Below the pieces are notes generated by a model. It had not been told where the DNA came from and did not search any database. It saw nothing but the letters and a program-made list of their open reading frames with translations. 64,000 bases of DNA, from contig NC_087245.1 of the NCBI RefSeq assembly GCF_037042905.1, positions 24,802,001-24,866,000 on the forward strand, read 5' to 3'. The DNA is from Lytechinus pictus. Its lineage: Eukaryota. Positions within the stretch are counted from its first letter, which is position 1. Every line of letters starts with the position of its first letter. Both the position numbers and the translations under genes were made by a program. Shown piece after piece: positions 26,368 through 40,272 of this stretch.

Positions 26368-29315
26368 TTTTTTTAGACACTACGCACAATACTCGCTATA
26401 ACGAACGATTAAGCGAGATTGTCGGGGTAAAAGCCTTACCACCTTTTTTCCAAAAAAAGTTGTAAAGCTTTCGGCAAACATTTTATCAAGAAAAATTATG
26501 CAACTAACTTTGATTACCAGTAGGTGACAACACAGCAATCTTCTTGATATGACACGATGAACTTTATGGAAAAAGGCTAAAGAATGCATTTCGGCCAGGC
26601 GCCTATCCTAACGGGGGGGGGGGGGGTGTAAATGAACTTACACTACGAATCCTGGCACTAAAACCTAAACTTAACCAATTTCCATAAAATTCATAGTTTC
26701 ATTAAGATCATGAAGTGATATTGCCGTATTGTTCTACGGGTAAAAGGACTCACTCATACAGCAACGTTTGATCAGTCTCAGCAGGTTCATCTGTCCAATC
26801 CCATCCAATTTAATCAAATCCAATTCAATGATAGCATCGTCATGTATCCATGGTCACAACACAAAGTTAGCGTTTTCATCTCAGGTCCAATGAGAGAATC
26901 TTTCTCCATAGCTTCATAATCATGTCTCTGACCGCTGATATTCACAAAATCATCAAGTTCAAATTGATTATCAAGGGTAGAACGACCGTCCGGAGACCCA
27001 TCAACAAACCCGCCGTAAGGTTCGGATAGTCTCGGCGAAGCTCTACCGTCAAAATGCTGTCTAGGCCGCACACAAAAAGTGAAGAGTTTTCCTGTTCAAG
27101 AATAAAACGTTGTAAACTAATTTTGTATCCCAAGTTTTCCAGTTAATAGTCCAATGTTTTAATATTCACCAACTGCCTGTAAAATGGTTTCTAAAGTACA
27201 TTCTGTCCCGTTTGAGAAGCGTCAGTTTCGTTGAGCGTACTTGGCCCATCCTCGGAGAAAAAAATGATTCCAGCGTTTAATCACGTGATGGAAATGTGAC
27301 GCATAAATTTATGTCCAGAATTCAGTTGGCGCCGATTACTGAATGTACCTGTGCAGTGAGCGAGGAAAAAGGGGCCATGTTTAGCTTCCTTCTTGTCCAT
27401 CTTCTAAAAGTTTTAAAGTGGTAATGTGCGTCGTACTTCATTCCATTTTAATTTCCCAATTTCAAAACTAATTCTAGATACCTTGCGAATTCCCAAATCT
27501 GTAAAATTAATAAAAGACAAAAAGGGATCATAAATATCTGCATGTGCAATAAAGAGCGAGGGATTGCATTTATAATTTTCATTTCAAAATTTAACAAAAA
27601 TTTAAAATGTAAGGCAAAACAAGATAATATACAGAAATGAATAAAAAGGAACCCACTGGAAAGCAAAGTTTGTTAATGTGGGTTCCCTGCAATAAACAGT
27701 TGATTCAAGTTAATCCTTCAATCAAATTTAAATCGTAATTAACAAGGTTCAATATCGAAAAATACTAATACTATACTAGTCTTAAGGAAAATCAGGACAA
27801 TAAACCTAAGCAATACTATTATGCCCAAATATGGCCTGTATTCTGCAATGTGTATGGTCATGTTTGGACCTTGATAATTGTGGGAAAGATGTCTGTTGAG
27901 AATTGATGACAATTTTGTGAGAATTCTGCAGGGGCGGCGAAACTGGGGGCAGGAAAGCAAGTTCATTCAAGGCCACCTTGTTATAGGCCTGCGATCCGAT
28001 TTTGGAATAAAACACATAGTAAAATCTGATGCGAATATTGAGACATGGAATATCTTACTATTTAAAGTTCTAAATCATCGTTAAAAATGAGGTTCAAATT
28101 ATGTTGCAATACTACTTGTTAAAATTTAAAGCGATTTGAATATCCAGTCTTTATGACGTCATAGCAATCGTATGATTGGCTACGATTTGAATCCAATTTA
28201 GCCTTTAATCCAAAGTAAAGGGCAAAAGGTTTGTAAAATTTGTAATCATCAAAGCTTGTTATATTCGTATTCTTACCTTTAATTTTCAAATCAAATAAAG
28301 AGATATTTTTAATTCACATTTTAAGAAAATAAGCAAAATGTGATTTGTTCCAAACTCGGATCGTGGACCAGTCTTAAGGTGTGCGGAGGCTTCAGGACAC
28401 CTGACTGCGTGACGTGATAGGACCATAGATACGACAGTCGGCACGTGCCGCGCACGCTTTAATATATTATTGATTATCTGTCAATTAAATTAACGGATCG
28501 AGGAAATATACCTGTCTTTTTTAATTAACGCATATTAGCATGCTTGAAATGTACAACACCCTCAGATAGAATGCAAAATAATGTTGATTTTAAAAAGCCT
28601 CTCTTGTTCTTTTCATAAATTGATTGACAGCTATTTACATTCAAGAATTTCTGCTGGCGAGATCGAAGATGGCGAGAGAGAGGGGGGGGGGAGAGGGGGG
28701 GCAGGGGGTCATCCACCCAGAATTAGCTGCAGAATGAATTCTTTCATTGAAAATTATTTTCAGATGCTTTTCTTATTTGTTACCGTAATACTAGAGCAAA
28801 GGATGAAAGAATAAATACATGTCTAGGAAATTTTGAACGTGTATATAAAAGTAATATCCGTTTAATCTCGGGCCTTTCTCGGTCTCTCAAGTTTGAGACC
28901 ATGAATCATGTAAAAACCAAAAACGCTCTTCGGCTCTTGATGGTTACAAGTCAATACATGGTTTCATTATGCATTTCACATATCAAATTTGATTTCCAAG
29001 ACTCAATATTTTATCGAAAATGTCAAAATTCTCGATTTTATTCCCACAATGTATAAATGCTGTTTAACTTTAAGCCCATCACGCTAACAACTAATTCTTT
29101 AAGCTTTAAAAAGGATGTTAAACTGTTTTGAAGAAGTTCTTTAAAAAATAATTCAACAATTAAAATATATTAAATGTTTAAACAACTTGGGAGTTATGGG
29201 CTGAAACAACGTGCTATTTTTTTTACTATGCAGATTATCTCAAATTATAACAAGGGAGCAAAAGTGGTATCAACTTGAAGGAATGTAATTTTTTTTCAAA
29301 TAAAGTATTTTCTTA

Positions 29316-29486
29316 CTTAGATCGTCCAGCGTTCTCGGTACAGCCAGGATATAGGCAGCAGCTTGGCGCCCTCGCCTTCTGATCTGGGCTGCTTCTTGCC
29401 AAGGTGGTTCTCCGCCGCTTTGAGTTTCAGTGTCTCCCCTCCAGCTATTTCCAAAGCCGACACCGTCTCCTCCTCCCCGCCTACTA
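29316..29486 (-). other. Candidate isolated exon (GC-rich island)
   Basis: Minus-strand acceptor-like TTTGTTTGTCATCTAG(TAG) and donor CTAA|GTAAGA bound a GC-rich segment with one open frame (RRGGGDGVGFGNSWRGD...); no family recognised. Confidence 0.4.
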
Positions 29487-30582
29487 GATGACAAACAAAA
29501 TTAGGGCAAAGTGTTAAATCTCGCGTCTTAATATGATCTCGCTAAATGCTGACAATGTGCTTTTTTTTAATGTCAAACCGTGAGTGAAATGAAAACCACC
29601 TATTTTGATTATGGCCTTCTCGTTAAATTTGGATTAGGCGTCTTTCTTACATCATATAATTAGTGTACTTTAAAATAAATTCCACCTAAAGGAATAAACT
29701 TCACTATCCATCTTTGCATTTCATTGGAAATGTAAATTGATCATTTTGATTTTATACAACCTTCAAGAAATAGGTTTCATTATCTATCAAAGCAAAGGGA
29801 TAAACCATTTGACGACATCACAGTAAAGGTTTAAACATTAGCATGACTCTATATCTCTTTGAAGTAACAAAAAAGTCATTAAAATTCAACTTCATGCCTC
29901 TAACAGTTTATAAATATACATGATTCAAATAATAATCTAACCTTTATTCTTACCTTTCTGATGACATTAAATACCTAAATCTGAAGGATGCTACTGATAA
30001 ACGTGAAATCGTAGCCTCATTCGAACAAAGTGCGATCTAAGAATGATCTGTTAAAGCGCGGATGAATACATTTTCGCATCTTGGGTTAGCGGTGCATGCC
30101 AGAGAACGTTTTCTTTTTTTTTAATTGATGCACATGATCTGGCATAACAACAATAAATGCGGTGTATTCTATCCATTTATACGGCATTCGCCATCGTAAA
30201 ACTTTAATCCAAAACAGCCTTCCAATCTGTCAGTGGTCACTGGGGCGGATACAGGCCGTTTATAGGAGGGAGTGGCACAATAAATTGCTGATCATCCCTC
30301 CCCCCCTTTCGGGGGGGGGGGCATCATGCAAATAAGTAATAATTTCCTTTTTAATTATTTTAGGGGCAGTTTTCAGCACCTCCTCCGATCCACCAATGGT
30401 AATCATGGTTATCACATTGGGTAGTTCTAAAACACCGCAAGCATGAAAAGAGGGTAAATATAAGTTAATTATTGAAACGAAACTGTCATCTTAATAACAG
30501 ACATATAGGAATATTGATAGGCCAAAATCGAATGTAAACTGAGACTATTAAATAAAAACAAAGGACAAACGATTCATAATAC

Positions 30583-30635
30583 CATAGGCGGCGGAAGCGG
30601 GGGGAACGGTCCCCCCCCCTAAATTTTTAGTTGAT

Positions 30636-30670
<35 letters not shown>

Positions 30671-31989
30671 TGTCAATTTTTTTTACATGCCCACTGGGCA
30701 TTTTACCCGATATTACCCGGGTTGTAACAGGTAATAACGTAGTTATTACCACGGTAACACCAGTGGGTAGTAACGGGGAAATAGTAGACCAATCTTTCCC
30801 CGTTATTACCCGGACCCGATATTACTCCATTTACCCAATATTACCCAGTATGATGTAACCGATATTTCCAGCATTTTAATGATATCACCACCTCATATTA
30901 CTCTGTTTACCCAATATTACCCAATTAATGTCGGCTCATTAAAAAAACAATTAGTGTCATTAGGGTCATTGAAGCACATTTTTACAACTCCATACTCTAA
31001 GCCATATCATCTTATCCTATCCTAAAATCCTACATCCTAATCCTAATCCTATCCTACACCTATCCACCAAACCCTGTCATTTACTTCTATATATTGAGCG
31101 AGTTTACAACACTTGACAAATTATGGTTAACAATTATTCAACCCTAAAACATTTTTCTAAAATTAATGTCATGATTATGACTAATATGATATATAAACTA
31201 CACATTTTTCTGAAAATTTTCTGGGTGGAATAATTGCATAAACATAAACACATTAATTATTACAGCTATATTAGCTAAAATTTTGGCCATTTATTGTAGT
31301 AATGAATATTCATGAGTAACTAATATTCCCAGCATTTTCCTGATATTACCATCTGATATTACTCCATTTACCCAATATTAATGGGTTCCGCATGGGTTGG
31401 AGGTCTCGTTTCCATCTGAGTCCTATCTGGGCACCATGTGGGTTCAAGTATATGTTTTCATCTGGGTTCCATGTGGGCCCATATGGGACCCAGATATCCC
31501 AGATAAGAACCGTATGTGATCCAGATACTTTGCTGTCTGGGAATGGAAGCGCTTCAACATTACCCATTACCCCTTATCAACCTGTTTGTAACTGGGTAAA
31601 ATGTTGGTTTCATCAGGGTGATAACAGTAATTTTTTGGACTTTGACAATTTCGCTGGGATTGCTGTAAGATTACTGTTATTACTAAAGTTTGCAATGTTA
31701 TAACCAATCAAAGTCATTCAACATTACCCTTATTACCCATCGTCACCCTGTTGTAACTCGGTAAATGTCGGTTTCATCAGGGTGATAACAGTAACAGGTA
31801 TCAACAGGAATTATAATTTCGGTAATAGCATGGTAATAACGGTAATATTTGGTGTTACTCAAATTTCCGGGTGATATTACCGGTAATAACCGGTAAAATT
31901 GGTAATCGGTAACAAATTGCCCAGTGGGTGTGTCCATCACAAAATTTCAGGTGGACCCCCCTTAAATTTTTTGGCTTCCGCCGCCAATG
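30583..31989. mobile_element. hAT-like MITE with a nested insertion
   Basis: TIRs CATAGGCGGCGGAAGC / GCTTCCGCCGCCAATG; perfect 8-bp TSD CATAATAC; empty site present in the other three tandem copies. Confidence 0.9.
30690..31928. mobile_element. CMC/EnSpm-like non-autonomous element
   Basis: TIRs CCCACTGGGCA / TGCCCAGTGGG, 2-bp TSD TG, subterminal TTACC/GGTAA repeats. Confidence 0.75.
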
Positions 31990-32028
31990 CATAATACAAT
32001 AGAGAACGGGGAGATGGGTGCACATGGG

Positions 32029-32427
32029 GGTTTATTTTCAATTGGTTTAATGCCATTTCGTCCAATTACCCGCTCGTCTACTTTCATTTGGTCTTCCATC
32101 ATTTCATCCACTATCGACACGATCTAATTGCCATTTCGTCTAATAACTTGTTGGTCCAATAGCCATTTAGTCCATATACCATTTGGCAAAATTGGACTTA
32201 GTGTTAATTGGGCAAAATGAATGAAAATAAAATGCATATCAGACTGATTATCATACGAAATGGTCATAGACGAACTGGTGATTAGACAAAGTGCTGATTG
32301 GCCCAAGTGGTTATTAGACCAAATGGTTGTTAGACGAAATGTAGATGGATGGAATGGCATTGGACTAAATGAAGGTAGACCATGTGATGAGTGGACGAGT
32401 TGGTAAAAGACGAATTGACAATTTACC
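32029..32427. mobile_element. Mutator-like foldback MITE, present at least in part in all four tandem units
   Basis: Imperfect TIRs GGTTTATTTTCAATTGG / GAATTGACAATTTACC, 8-bp TSD CACATGGG, internal (CATTTCGTCTA)/(TAGACGAAATG) repeats. Confidence 0.7.
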
Positions 32428-33501
32428 CACATGGGGAGCGTCAGAACTGACCCCAGACAGAACGACGATGATGTTTCGTCAGAATCATTATATTATTTTA
32501 TTTCACTATTTTTATAATCAAATTTGAGAAAATCAGTATTGTCTATAACATTCCATTTTAGTTAGATGGCTCTGATAAAAATTACATCAGTTTTCAACAC
32601 ACCTTCTTCCCCCTTTTTTTTTTTGGGGGGGGGGTTGTCAATCCTTGAAAAAAAATCCTGAGGCGATATCCTGCATGCCCCCACCCATAGACGTAGTCCA
32701 TGCACTATTTTCTTTTGGGTGGATAAACTCGAATAAAGTAAAGCGGTTATTTGGCAGTCCGTCAGCCGAAGATTTGTTTGACGGCGAAATATCTAATTCA
32801 CGTGCATTTTATTTGTACTGGTCATTATTAGGGGAGTGGTTCATGAAACAAAATAGCTAGTGATTTTCACTAACAAATTGCATCTGAGCCAATGGGATGC
32901 AAGGATTTTGGTAGCTTATAACAATAGTCAGTTGCCGTTAGCATGGTTAGACCAGATATACTCAATGACGCACGAGCTTGTGGCAGGTGTCTTGCATTCT
33001 TACGCCAAGATAATAGATGTTTATTTCACTTTAGCTTGCGCGAATGAATTAGCGAATGAACTTGGATTCCTTGTTATGTAGATTTTTTAACAGCCACTTG
33101 CAATGAATGAATAGAGTATTAAGCTGCGCATGAAAAAGGCACCTGGTTATATTTCAACGGAACCAGTTTCATAAATCAATTTTGCACAGGTCTCCATTAA
33201 ATACGCCCCTCATACAGTTTTCATGCTCCCCCCTGATTTTACCAAAGATTTTTTCATCGTGCTCACTCTCTTGCGGAAAATGTTCCCCTATCAAATTAAT
33301 TACCTGAAACTTCTTCCTCTAAATATTTATTTACATTCATACATTCATTAATAGCTGGATTGATTCATCAATTTATTTGTTTCTTCATTTATTCATAATT
33401 ACTTTTGTTGATTCATTGCTTGTCAGAATCATATGCAAATATTTCAATTGATGCACATATGGCATAGCAACAATAAATACAGTGTATTCTATTCATTTAT
33501 A

Positions 33502-33764
33502 GAATAATAATAGCTGTATTTATAAAGCGCCTTTTGCCTGAGGATACAAAGCGCTGCTATTATTACCCCGGCTGTAGCTCGAGCTACCATCAACGGCGCT
33601 CAGTGCATGCAAGGAAATAATCCTGCCGGGTACCCATTCACCTCACCTGGGTCGAGTGCAGCACAGTGCGGATAAATTTCTTGCTGAAGGAAAACACGCC
33701 ATGGTTAGGATTCGAACCCACGACCCTCTGTTTGAAAGGCGAGAGTCAGAACCACTAGACCACG
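33502..33764 (-). mobile_element. tRNA-derived SINE
   Basis: Minus-strand head with box A TGGTCTAGTGG and box B GGTTCGAATCC, (ATT)n tail; absent from the paralogous site in the other tandem units. Confidence 0.9.
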
Positions 33765-35035
33765 ATTCGCCATCGTCAAACGTTAATCCAAACAGCCTTA
33801 CAATTGTGTCAGTGGTCACTGGGGCGGATTAAGGTTTATAGAAATGATGAGGGGATGGCACAAGAAATTGCTGACCACCCCCTAGCTTCCCCCGGAAAAA
33901 ATGGCTTATCATGCAAATAAGTAATAATTTCCTTCTTATTTTAAAAGGGGCAGTTTTCAGCAGCACCCCCCCCCCCCCCCATTCAGCAATTGTAATCATG
34001 GTCATCACATTGGGCAGTTCTAAAACACCGCTAGCATGTAAAGAGGTTTGTAAGGATAAATTAATTATTGAAACGAAACTGTCATTATAATAAAAGACAT
34101 GTATGAATATTGATAGGCCAATATCGAATACAAACTGAGACTATTAAAAACAAAGGACAAACGATTCATAATACAATCGAGAGCGGGGAGAAGAATGCAC
34201 ATGGGGGTTTATTTTCAATTGGTCTAATGCCATTTCGTCCAATTACCCACTCGTGTACTGTCATTTGGTCTACCATCATTTCATCCACTATCGACACGAT
34301 CTAATTGCCATTTCGTCTAATAACCTGTTGGTCCAATAACCATTAACAAATTGACTCTGAGCCAATGAGATGCAAGGATTTTGGTAGCTTATAACAATAG
34401 TCCGTTGCCGTTAGCATGGTAGACCAGATATACTCAATGACGCACTAGCTTGTGGCAGGTGTCTTGCATTCTTACGCCAAGATAATAGATGTTTATTTCA
34501 CTTTAGCTTGCGCGATTAGACAATTAACTAGGTTTCCTTGTTACGTAGATTTTTTAAAGTCACTTGCAATGAATGAACAGAGTATTAATCTGTGCATGAA
34601 AAAGGCACCATGTTATATTTCAACGGAACCAGTTTCATAAATTAATTTTGCACAGGTCTCCATTAACTGCGCCCCTTATACAGTTTTCATGCCCCCCCCC
34701 CCACCTCCCTGATTCTACCAAAGAATTTTTCATTGTGCTCACTCTCTTGCGGAAAATGTTCCCCTATCAAATTAATTAACTGAAACTTCTTCCTCTAAAT
34801 ATTTATTATATTCATACATTCATTAATAGCTGGATTGATTCGTCAATTTATTTGTTTATTCATTTATACATAATTACTTTTGTTGATTCATTGCTTGTGA
34901 GAAACATATGCAGATCTGGAATAGCAACAATAAATACAGTGTATTCTATCCATTTATACGGCATTCGCCATCGTCAAACGTTAGTCCAAACAGCCATTTG
35001 TCAATGGTCACTGGGGGATACAGGTTTATAGAAAT

Positions 35036-35238
35036 AACTTTTTTTTGAGGATTTTCTGCATTTATTGGAATAATATACAAACAAATTTACAATGCGTGAG
35101 ACATAATCATAAAATAGCATAAATTACATAACCAAGTGACAATCTTTTATGTAGTGACTGGAGAAAGACATAAATACAATATCGAAAAAAAATATGAGTA
35201 AAATGCAGAGGCAAATTATATAAGCAAATATATGCTTG
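35036..35238 (-). mobile_element. Probable retroposed 3' stub
   Basis: Insertion unique to copy C; minus strand ends with AATAAA followed by an A-run. Confidence 0.4.
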
Positions 35239-36653
35239 ATGGGGTGGCACAAAAAAATGCTGACCACCCTGTAGCTCCCCCAGAAAAAGGGGTTATCATG
35301 CAAATAAATAACAATTTCCTTCTTATTTTAGAAACAGTTTTCAGCACCCACCCCCCCCCCCCGATCTACCAATGGTAATCATGGTTATAACATTGGGTAG
35401 TTCTAAAACACCGCAAGCATGAAAAGAGGAGAAATAAGTATAAATTAATCATTGAAACAAAGCCGTCATCTTAATAACAGACATAATTGATAGGCCGAAA
35501 TCGAATACAAATTGAGGTTATAAAAAACAAAGGCAAACGATTCATAATACGATAGAGAGCGGGGAGAAGGGCGTACATGGGGATATTTACAATTGGTCTA
35601 ATGCCAATTCGTCCAATTACCAACTCGTCTACTGTCATTTGGTCTACCATCATTTCATCCATTATCCACATGATCTAATTGCCATTTCGTCCACTCATTA
35701 TTTCGTCTAATAACCTGTTGGTCCAATAATCATTTAGTCCATATTTATTAGGTCTAATTAGACTAAGTGTTAATTGGGCAAAATTAATAAAATATAAAAT
35801 GCATATCAGACTAACTGATTATCATACGAAATGGTCATAGACGAACTGGTGATTAGACAAAGTGATGATTGGACCAAATGGTTATTGGACTAAATGGTTG
35901 GTAGACGAAGGGTAGATGGATTGAATGGCATTAAACTAAGTGAAGGTAGACCATGTGATGAATGGACGGTTACAGCCCGATAGACCGCGGGTCCGATAGT
36001 CCGCGGGTCCGATAGTCCGCGGGTCCGATAGACCGCGGGTCCGATAGACCGCGGGTCCGATAGACCGCGGGTCCGATAGACCGCGGGTCCGATAGTCCGC
36101 GGGTCCGATAGTCCGCGGTGTGTGTAAAATTATGATCAGGATATAGTGAGATCCAATGTCATCAAGAGGTTTCTATAACGATGACCGAATGGACAATCGC
36201 CCCCTGACAACTACTTCAAGGAAAATATTATCCCCATATTTTTATCGTCGGGGACTGTTACCCCCCCCCCCCGGAAATTTACCCTCTAGACGCCAATTAC
36301 CCCTAGTACGGAGCCTTTCAAATGCCACTGACTTGACGACATGGCGAAATACTTTATCTTGCCATATCGACTACATAAGCTTATTATGTCGGCATGGCGA
36401 GATACCTGCCAAGTCCACATATAAAAGTTATACGTCAACATGGTGAGATATTTTATCTTGCCAAGTCGACTTGTAACAAGTTATATGTCAACATGGTGAT
36501 ATATCGGGATTCTGGCCGGGACTTGTACACTTCAGATCTCGCCATGTCGACATATCGACTTGACAAGATAGAATATATCGCCATGTCGAAATAATAAGCT
36601 TATTAATTATACATGGCAAGATAAAGTATCACGCCATGTCGTAACGTCGATGG

Positions 36654-39600
36654 TTGATTGATTGATTGATTTTATTTGTCAGGTAACTATGAACAAGTAC
36701 AAGAAAATATGAACAGAAGTGTATACCTTGACAGGATAACCCATGAAAGCCGAGATGGCTTATTTCCAATGGGGTCCTTACATCAGTAATTGAAGACAAT
36801 GTACATCTATGAAAAAACACCTATAGAAATCTACAAACTACATCAATTAAGTCTAGACCACTAAATTAACACGATGAATTGTAAAACTTAATATATAAAA
36901 AGACAGAAGCAAATAAGTTTGCCATGAAAAACACGCAGTCAACAAAATATGATTAAAATAATTGTAAAACAGGCTGAGTAAACGATCATTACTTCTAAGT
37001 TACATATGAGAATTATACTAATAATCAATTTTTAGGTAGCGGTAAATGCATCGTAACTAATACAAGATTCATGAATCGTAAAACCTAAGATATGAAAAAG
37101 TACAAATAAGTTTGACATCAAACTTTCACGCAAACAACAAAAGATGATGAAACAATGTAAAACAAGTTGATTAAAAAAAATCATATCTAAATAGTTATAT
37201 ATAAGACTACAATATTTAACATTACAGAGTGGGGACATTTTTTAAGTGTTGTTTCAATACTCTTTTAAATTGTGAAAAAGTCTTAACCGATTTAACATGA
37301 TTAGGGAGGGAATTCCAAAAATGTATACCTTTATAATAAAATGTGTTACCAATTTGACCTTTTCTCATAGGTACAACAAAGTTAAACAGACTATTTCTTG
37401 TTTCATGCCCGTGAATATTAGATGACCGTGTAAAATTTTTTGATATGTAATGATATTCGTTTGAATAGAAAATGTTATGAACATGGTGAAGTATAAGTTG
37501 TTGCGACCTCAAGTCTATGCGAAGAAGGCCAGCTTTTTCGATTTCATTCTTCCCAACATGTGTTCTTGGGTGTAAGCAAGTAATAAATCTAACAATCTTA
37601 TTTTGCATAATTATAAACTTTTTTTGATCAACCTTTCCAAGACTGCAGTACCATGCTGCATTAGCATAATCAAATAAACACTGTATTAATGAAAAGCTTA
37701 AAATGCGTCTGGATTTCGTATTCATGCAATTTTGGTACCGGTATAGAAATTTCAAGCGAGCATTAGCTTTTTTGACAATAGAGTCAACCATGGATGTACA
37801 TGAGAGATCACTATTTAATATCAGGCCTAAATACTTCACGGAATTCTGTCTCTTAATTAATTGATTGTTATAGTATATATTGAAATCATCTGTATGCTTA
37901 GACTTACCCCGCGAACAAAACAAAATACTTTCAGTCTTACCAACATGTAAGCTAAGCTTGTTATCTATCATCCATTTAACACAATTTGATAATTCTAAGC
38001 TAAGTTTTTCACCGATCAGCTTAGGACTTGTATCAGAATAGAGTAAAACACTGTCGTCTGCATATAAAAGTAATTTACTTTCATTAACACAAATACACAT
38101 ATCATTGATATAGCACATAAAAAGAATGGGACCTAATATGCTCCCCTGTGGAACTCCACACTTTATAGGCATAGAATAAGAAAGTACATTTTGCATGGAT
38201 ACCACTTGACGGCGATTGGTCAAGTAAGACCTAAACCAATTCAAGCATGCTGAATTCAAACCCATCACTTCTAATTTCTTTAAGAGTATTTCATGATTAA
38301 CCGTATCGAATGCTTTTTGTAAGTCAAGAAGAACCATGCCAACATAACGGCCTTCGGAAATTTCATTCCTAACAAAATCCAACAAGTGAATTAAACATGT
38401 TTCAGTAGAATAACCATTCCTAAAACCAGACTGAAATTCATAAATGATTTTGTATTCTTTAAAGTATTTCTCAATTTGAGAATACACGCATTTCTCCAAA
38501 ATTTTCGACACTATGCTTAACACACTAATAGGTCTATAATTGCCAACGTGAGTTTTGTCTTTCTTTTTGTGTAGTGGTGTGACTTTAGCGATTTTCATTT
38601 CATCAGGGAAGGTACAAGTTGAAATAGATAGGTTAATAATGTAAGTTAAAGGTATAAAGACGTTTTTTGCACCATCCTTTAAAAATCTAGCAGGAACCAA
38701 GTCAAGTCCGGTACTTTTTGATATTTTCAACTTGGATAATTCATCTAATACAAACTTTTCTGTGACAGGAGAAAAATTAAAACAGCCTCTTTGTATACCT
38801 TTATTGTCGTATAGTTTTTTTAAATTAGGACTGTCGGCCCCAAACTCACTTCTGTCCGTAATGGGGAGCTCACAGGCTAATTTATCGGCCACTGTTGTAA
38901 AATAATTGTTGAATTCGTTGGCTATCTTTAGATTATCATGACATAATTCCCCTTCAATATTAATAACACTTTTCTGAATATTTTTTTGTTTGTTTTTTAA
39001 ACCTAACTCTTTGAGATTCTTCCATAATTTCCTAGAATCATGTTTATTGTCTTCAATTTGATTTTGGAAAAATTCGTCTTTAGCTTTCCTCACTTTTCTT
39101 TGTACCACATTTCGCAATAGTTTAAATTTCCTTTCGAGTTCTAAATTACCAATATCCTTTTTCATTTTCCTGAAAGCTATATTTCGTTGTCTTATCAAAC
39201 CAATAATTTCACTGTTCATCCATCTTTCTGTTCTTTGCTTAATTCTTACTTGTTTTAGAGGCGCACACTTATCAACTACTGACATGAAAATACTTTTGAA
39301 GTGTGACCAAGCAATATTTACTTCATTACATTCAAATATAACAGACCAATTGATTTGAGATAAAACGAAATTAAAATCATTTTCACAATAGTTTTTCATA
39401 CATCGAATGCTTATAGTTCTATGTTGCCCGAATACAGGCCTGATAAGTTTCCTTGAACAATACGTTAAAAAGTGATCACTTAAGCCAATTTCAAAAACAC
39501 CACTTTGACAGATATTTTCTTCTTTACTACAAATTACATGGTCTATTAATGAAGAAGTGGTAGGTGAAGTTCGGGTGGGTTTTGTTATAAGTTGGCTAAA

Positions 39601-40272
39601 ACCATATAAATTCAAAATATTCTTGTATCTTTTGGTCAGTGCTGATTGTTGTAATAGACAAATATTCATGTCCCCTAAAAGTATAACCTCATCATCTTTT
39701 GTTAATATGTCCAATATATCAGGGAGAGAATCAATAAAGTGATTGTCTCTCGGGGGTCTGTAGACTACACCTAAAGTAATAGGCTTTGTATGTGGTAATA
39801 GAATGTCGATCCACAATGATTCAATACCATCAGGTGTAAGATCTTCTCTTAGATTAAATGCAATATCATTTTTAATATAAAGGCAGACCCCACCACCATG
39901 GTCGCCTGCACGATCTCGTCTTAATATAGAATAACCATCGATATAAATTTCTTCATCATTTATGGACGAATTCAACCATGTTTCAGTAATTGCAATTACT
40001 GAAATTCTACTTTCATTGAGAAGGACGCGTAGTTCAGGAACTTTATATAAAATGGATCTGATATTTAAATGAACGAAATGCAACCCTTTTGCTTTAAATA
40101 TATCATTAAATGATTTGTATAAAACAGCCTTATCAATTCCAGTAGGTGGGTTAAATTCAGGGATAGGAGGTGCATTAACTTTTGAGGTGGGTTGAACATC
40201 AATCAAGGATTGTGTAAAAATGGAGTCACAAAATGGCGGCAATGAACAGGTTAAACATATCCAATTCTCATT
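36654..40272 (-). mobile_element. 5'-truncated CR1-group (Crack/L2-like) LINE
   Basis: Intact APE-RT frame, ~570-bp 3' UTR with terminal stem-loop GGACCCCATTGGAAATAAGCC..GGCTTTCATGGGTTATCC and (CAAT)n tail; only TGG is shared at the two junctions. Confidence 0.9.

Larger units (their letters stand above)
15860..26760. repeat. Four related modules (~15860-16576, 21367-22880, 22880-24300, ~25900-26760) sharing a conserved core
   Basis: Core GACAA..CAGCAATC(C/T)TCTTGA(C/T)ATG...CAGGCGCCTA...AATCCTG(A/G)CACTAAA...AATTCATAGTTTCATTAAG at ~16095, 22388, 23867 and 26526. Confidence 0.85.

Noticed and set aside
26814..28084. Short ORFs in unique-looking sequence
   Set aside because: Frames are interrupted and I recognise no domain; may be a decayed coding fragment, needs BLASTX.
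33690..33764. tRNA gene
   Set aside because: The tRNA-like head continues into a SINE body and tail and is an insertion relative to paralogous units.
35977..36118. CRISPR-like short repeats
   Set aside because: Head-to-tail 16-mers without unique spacers, mirrored at 45842-45935; eukaryotic context and no cas genes.
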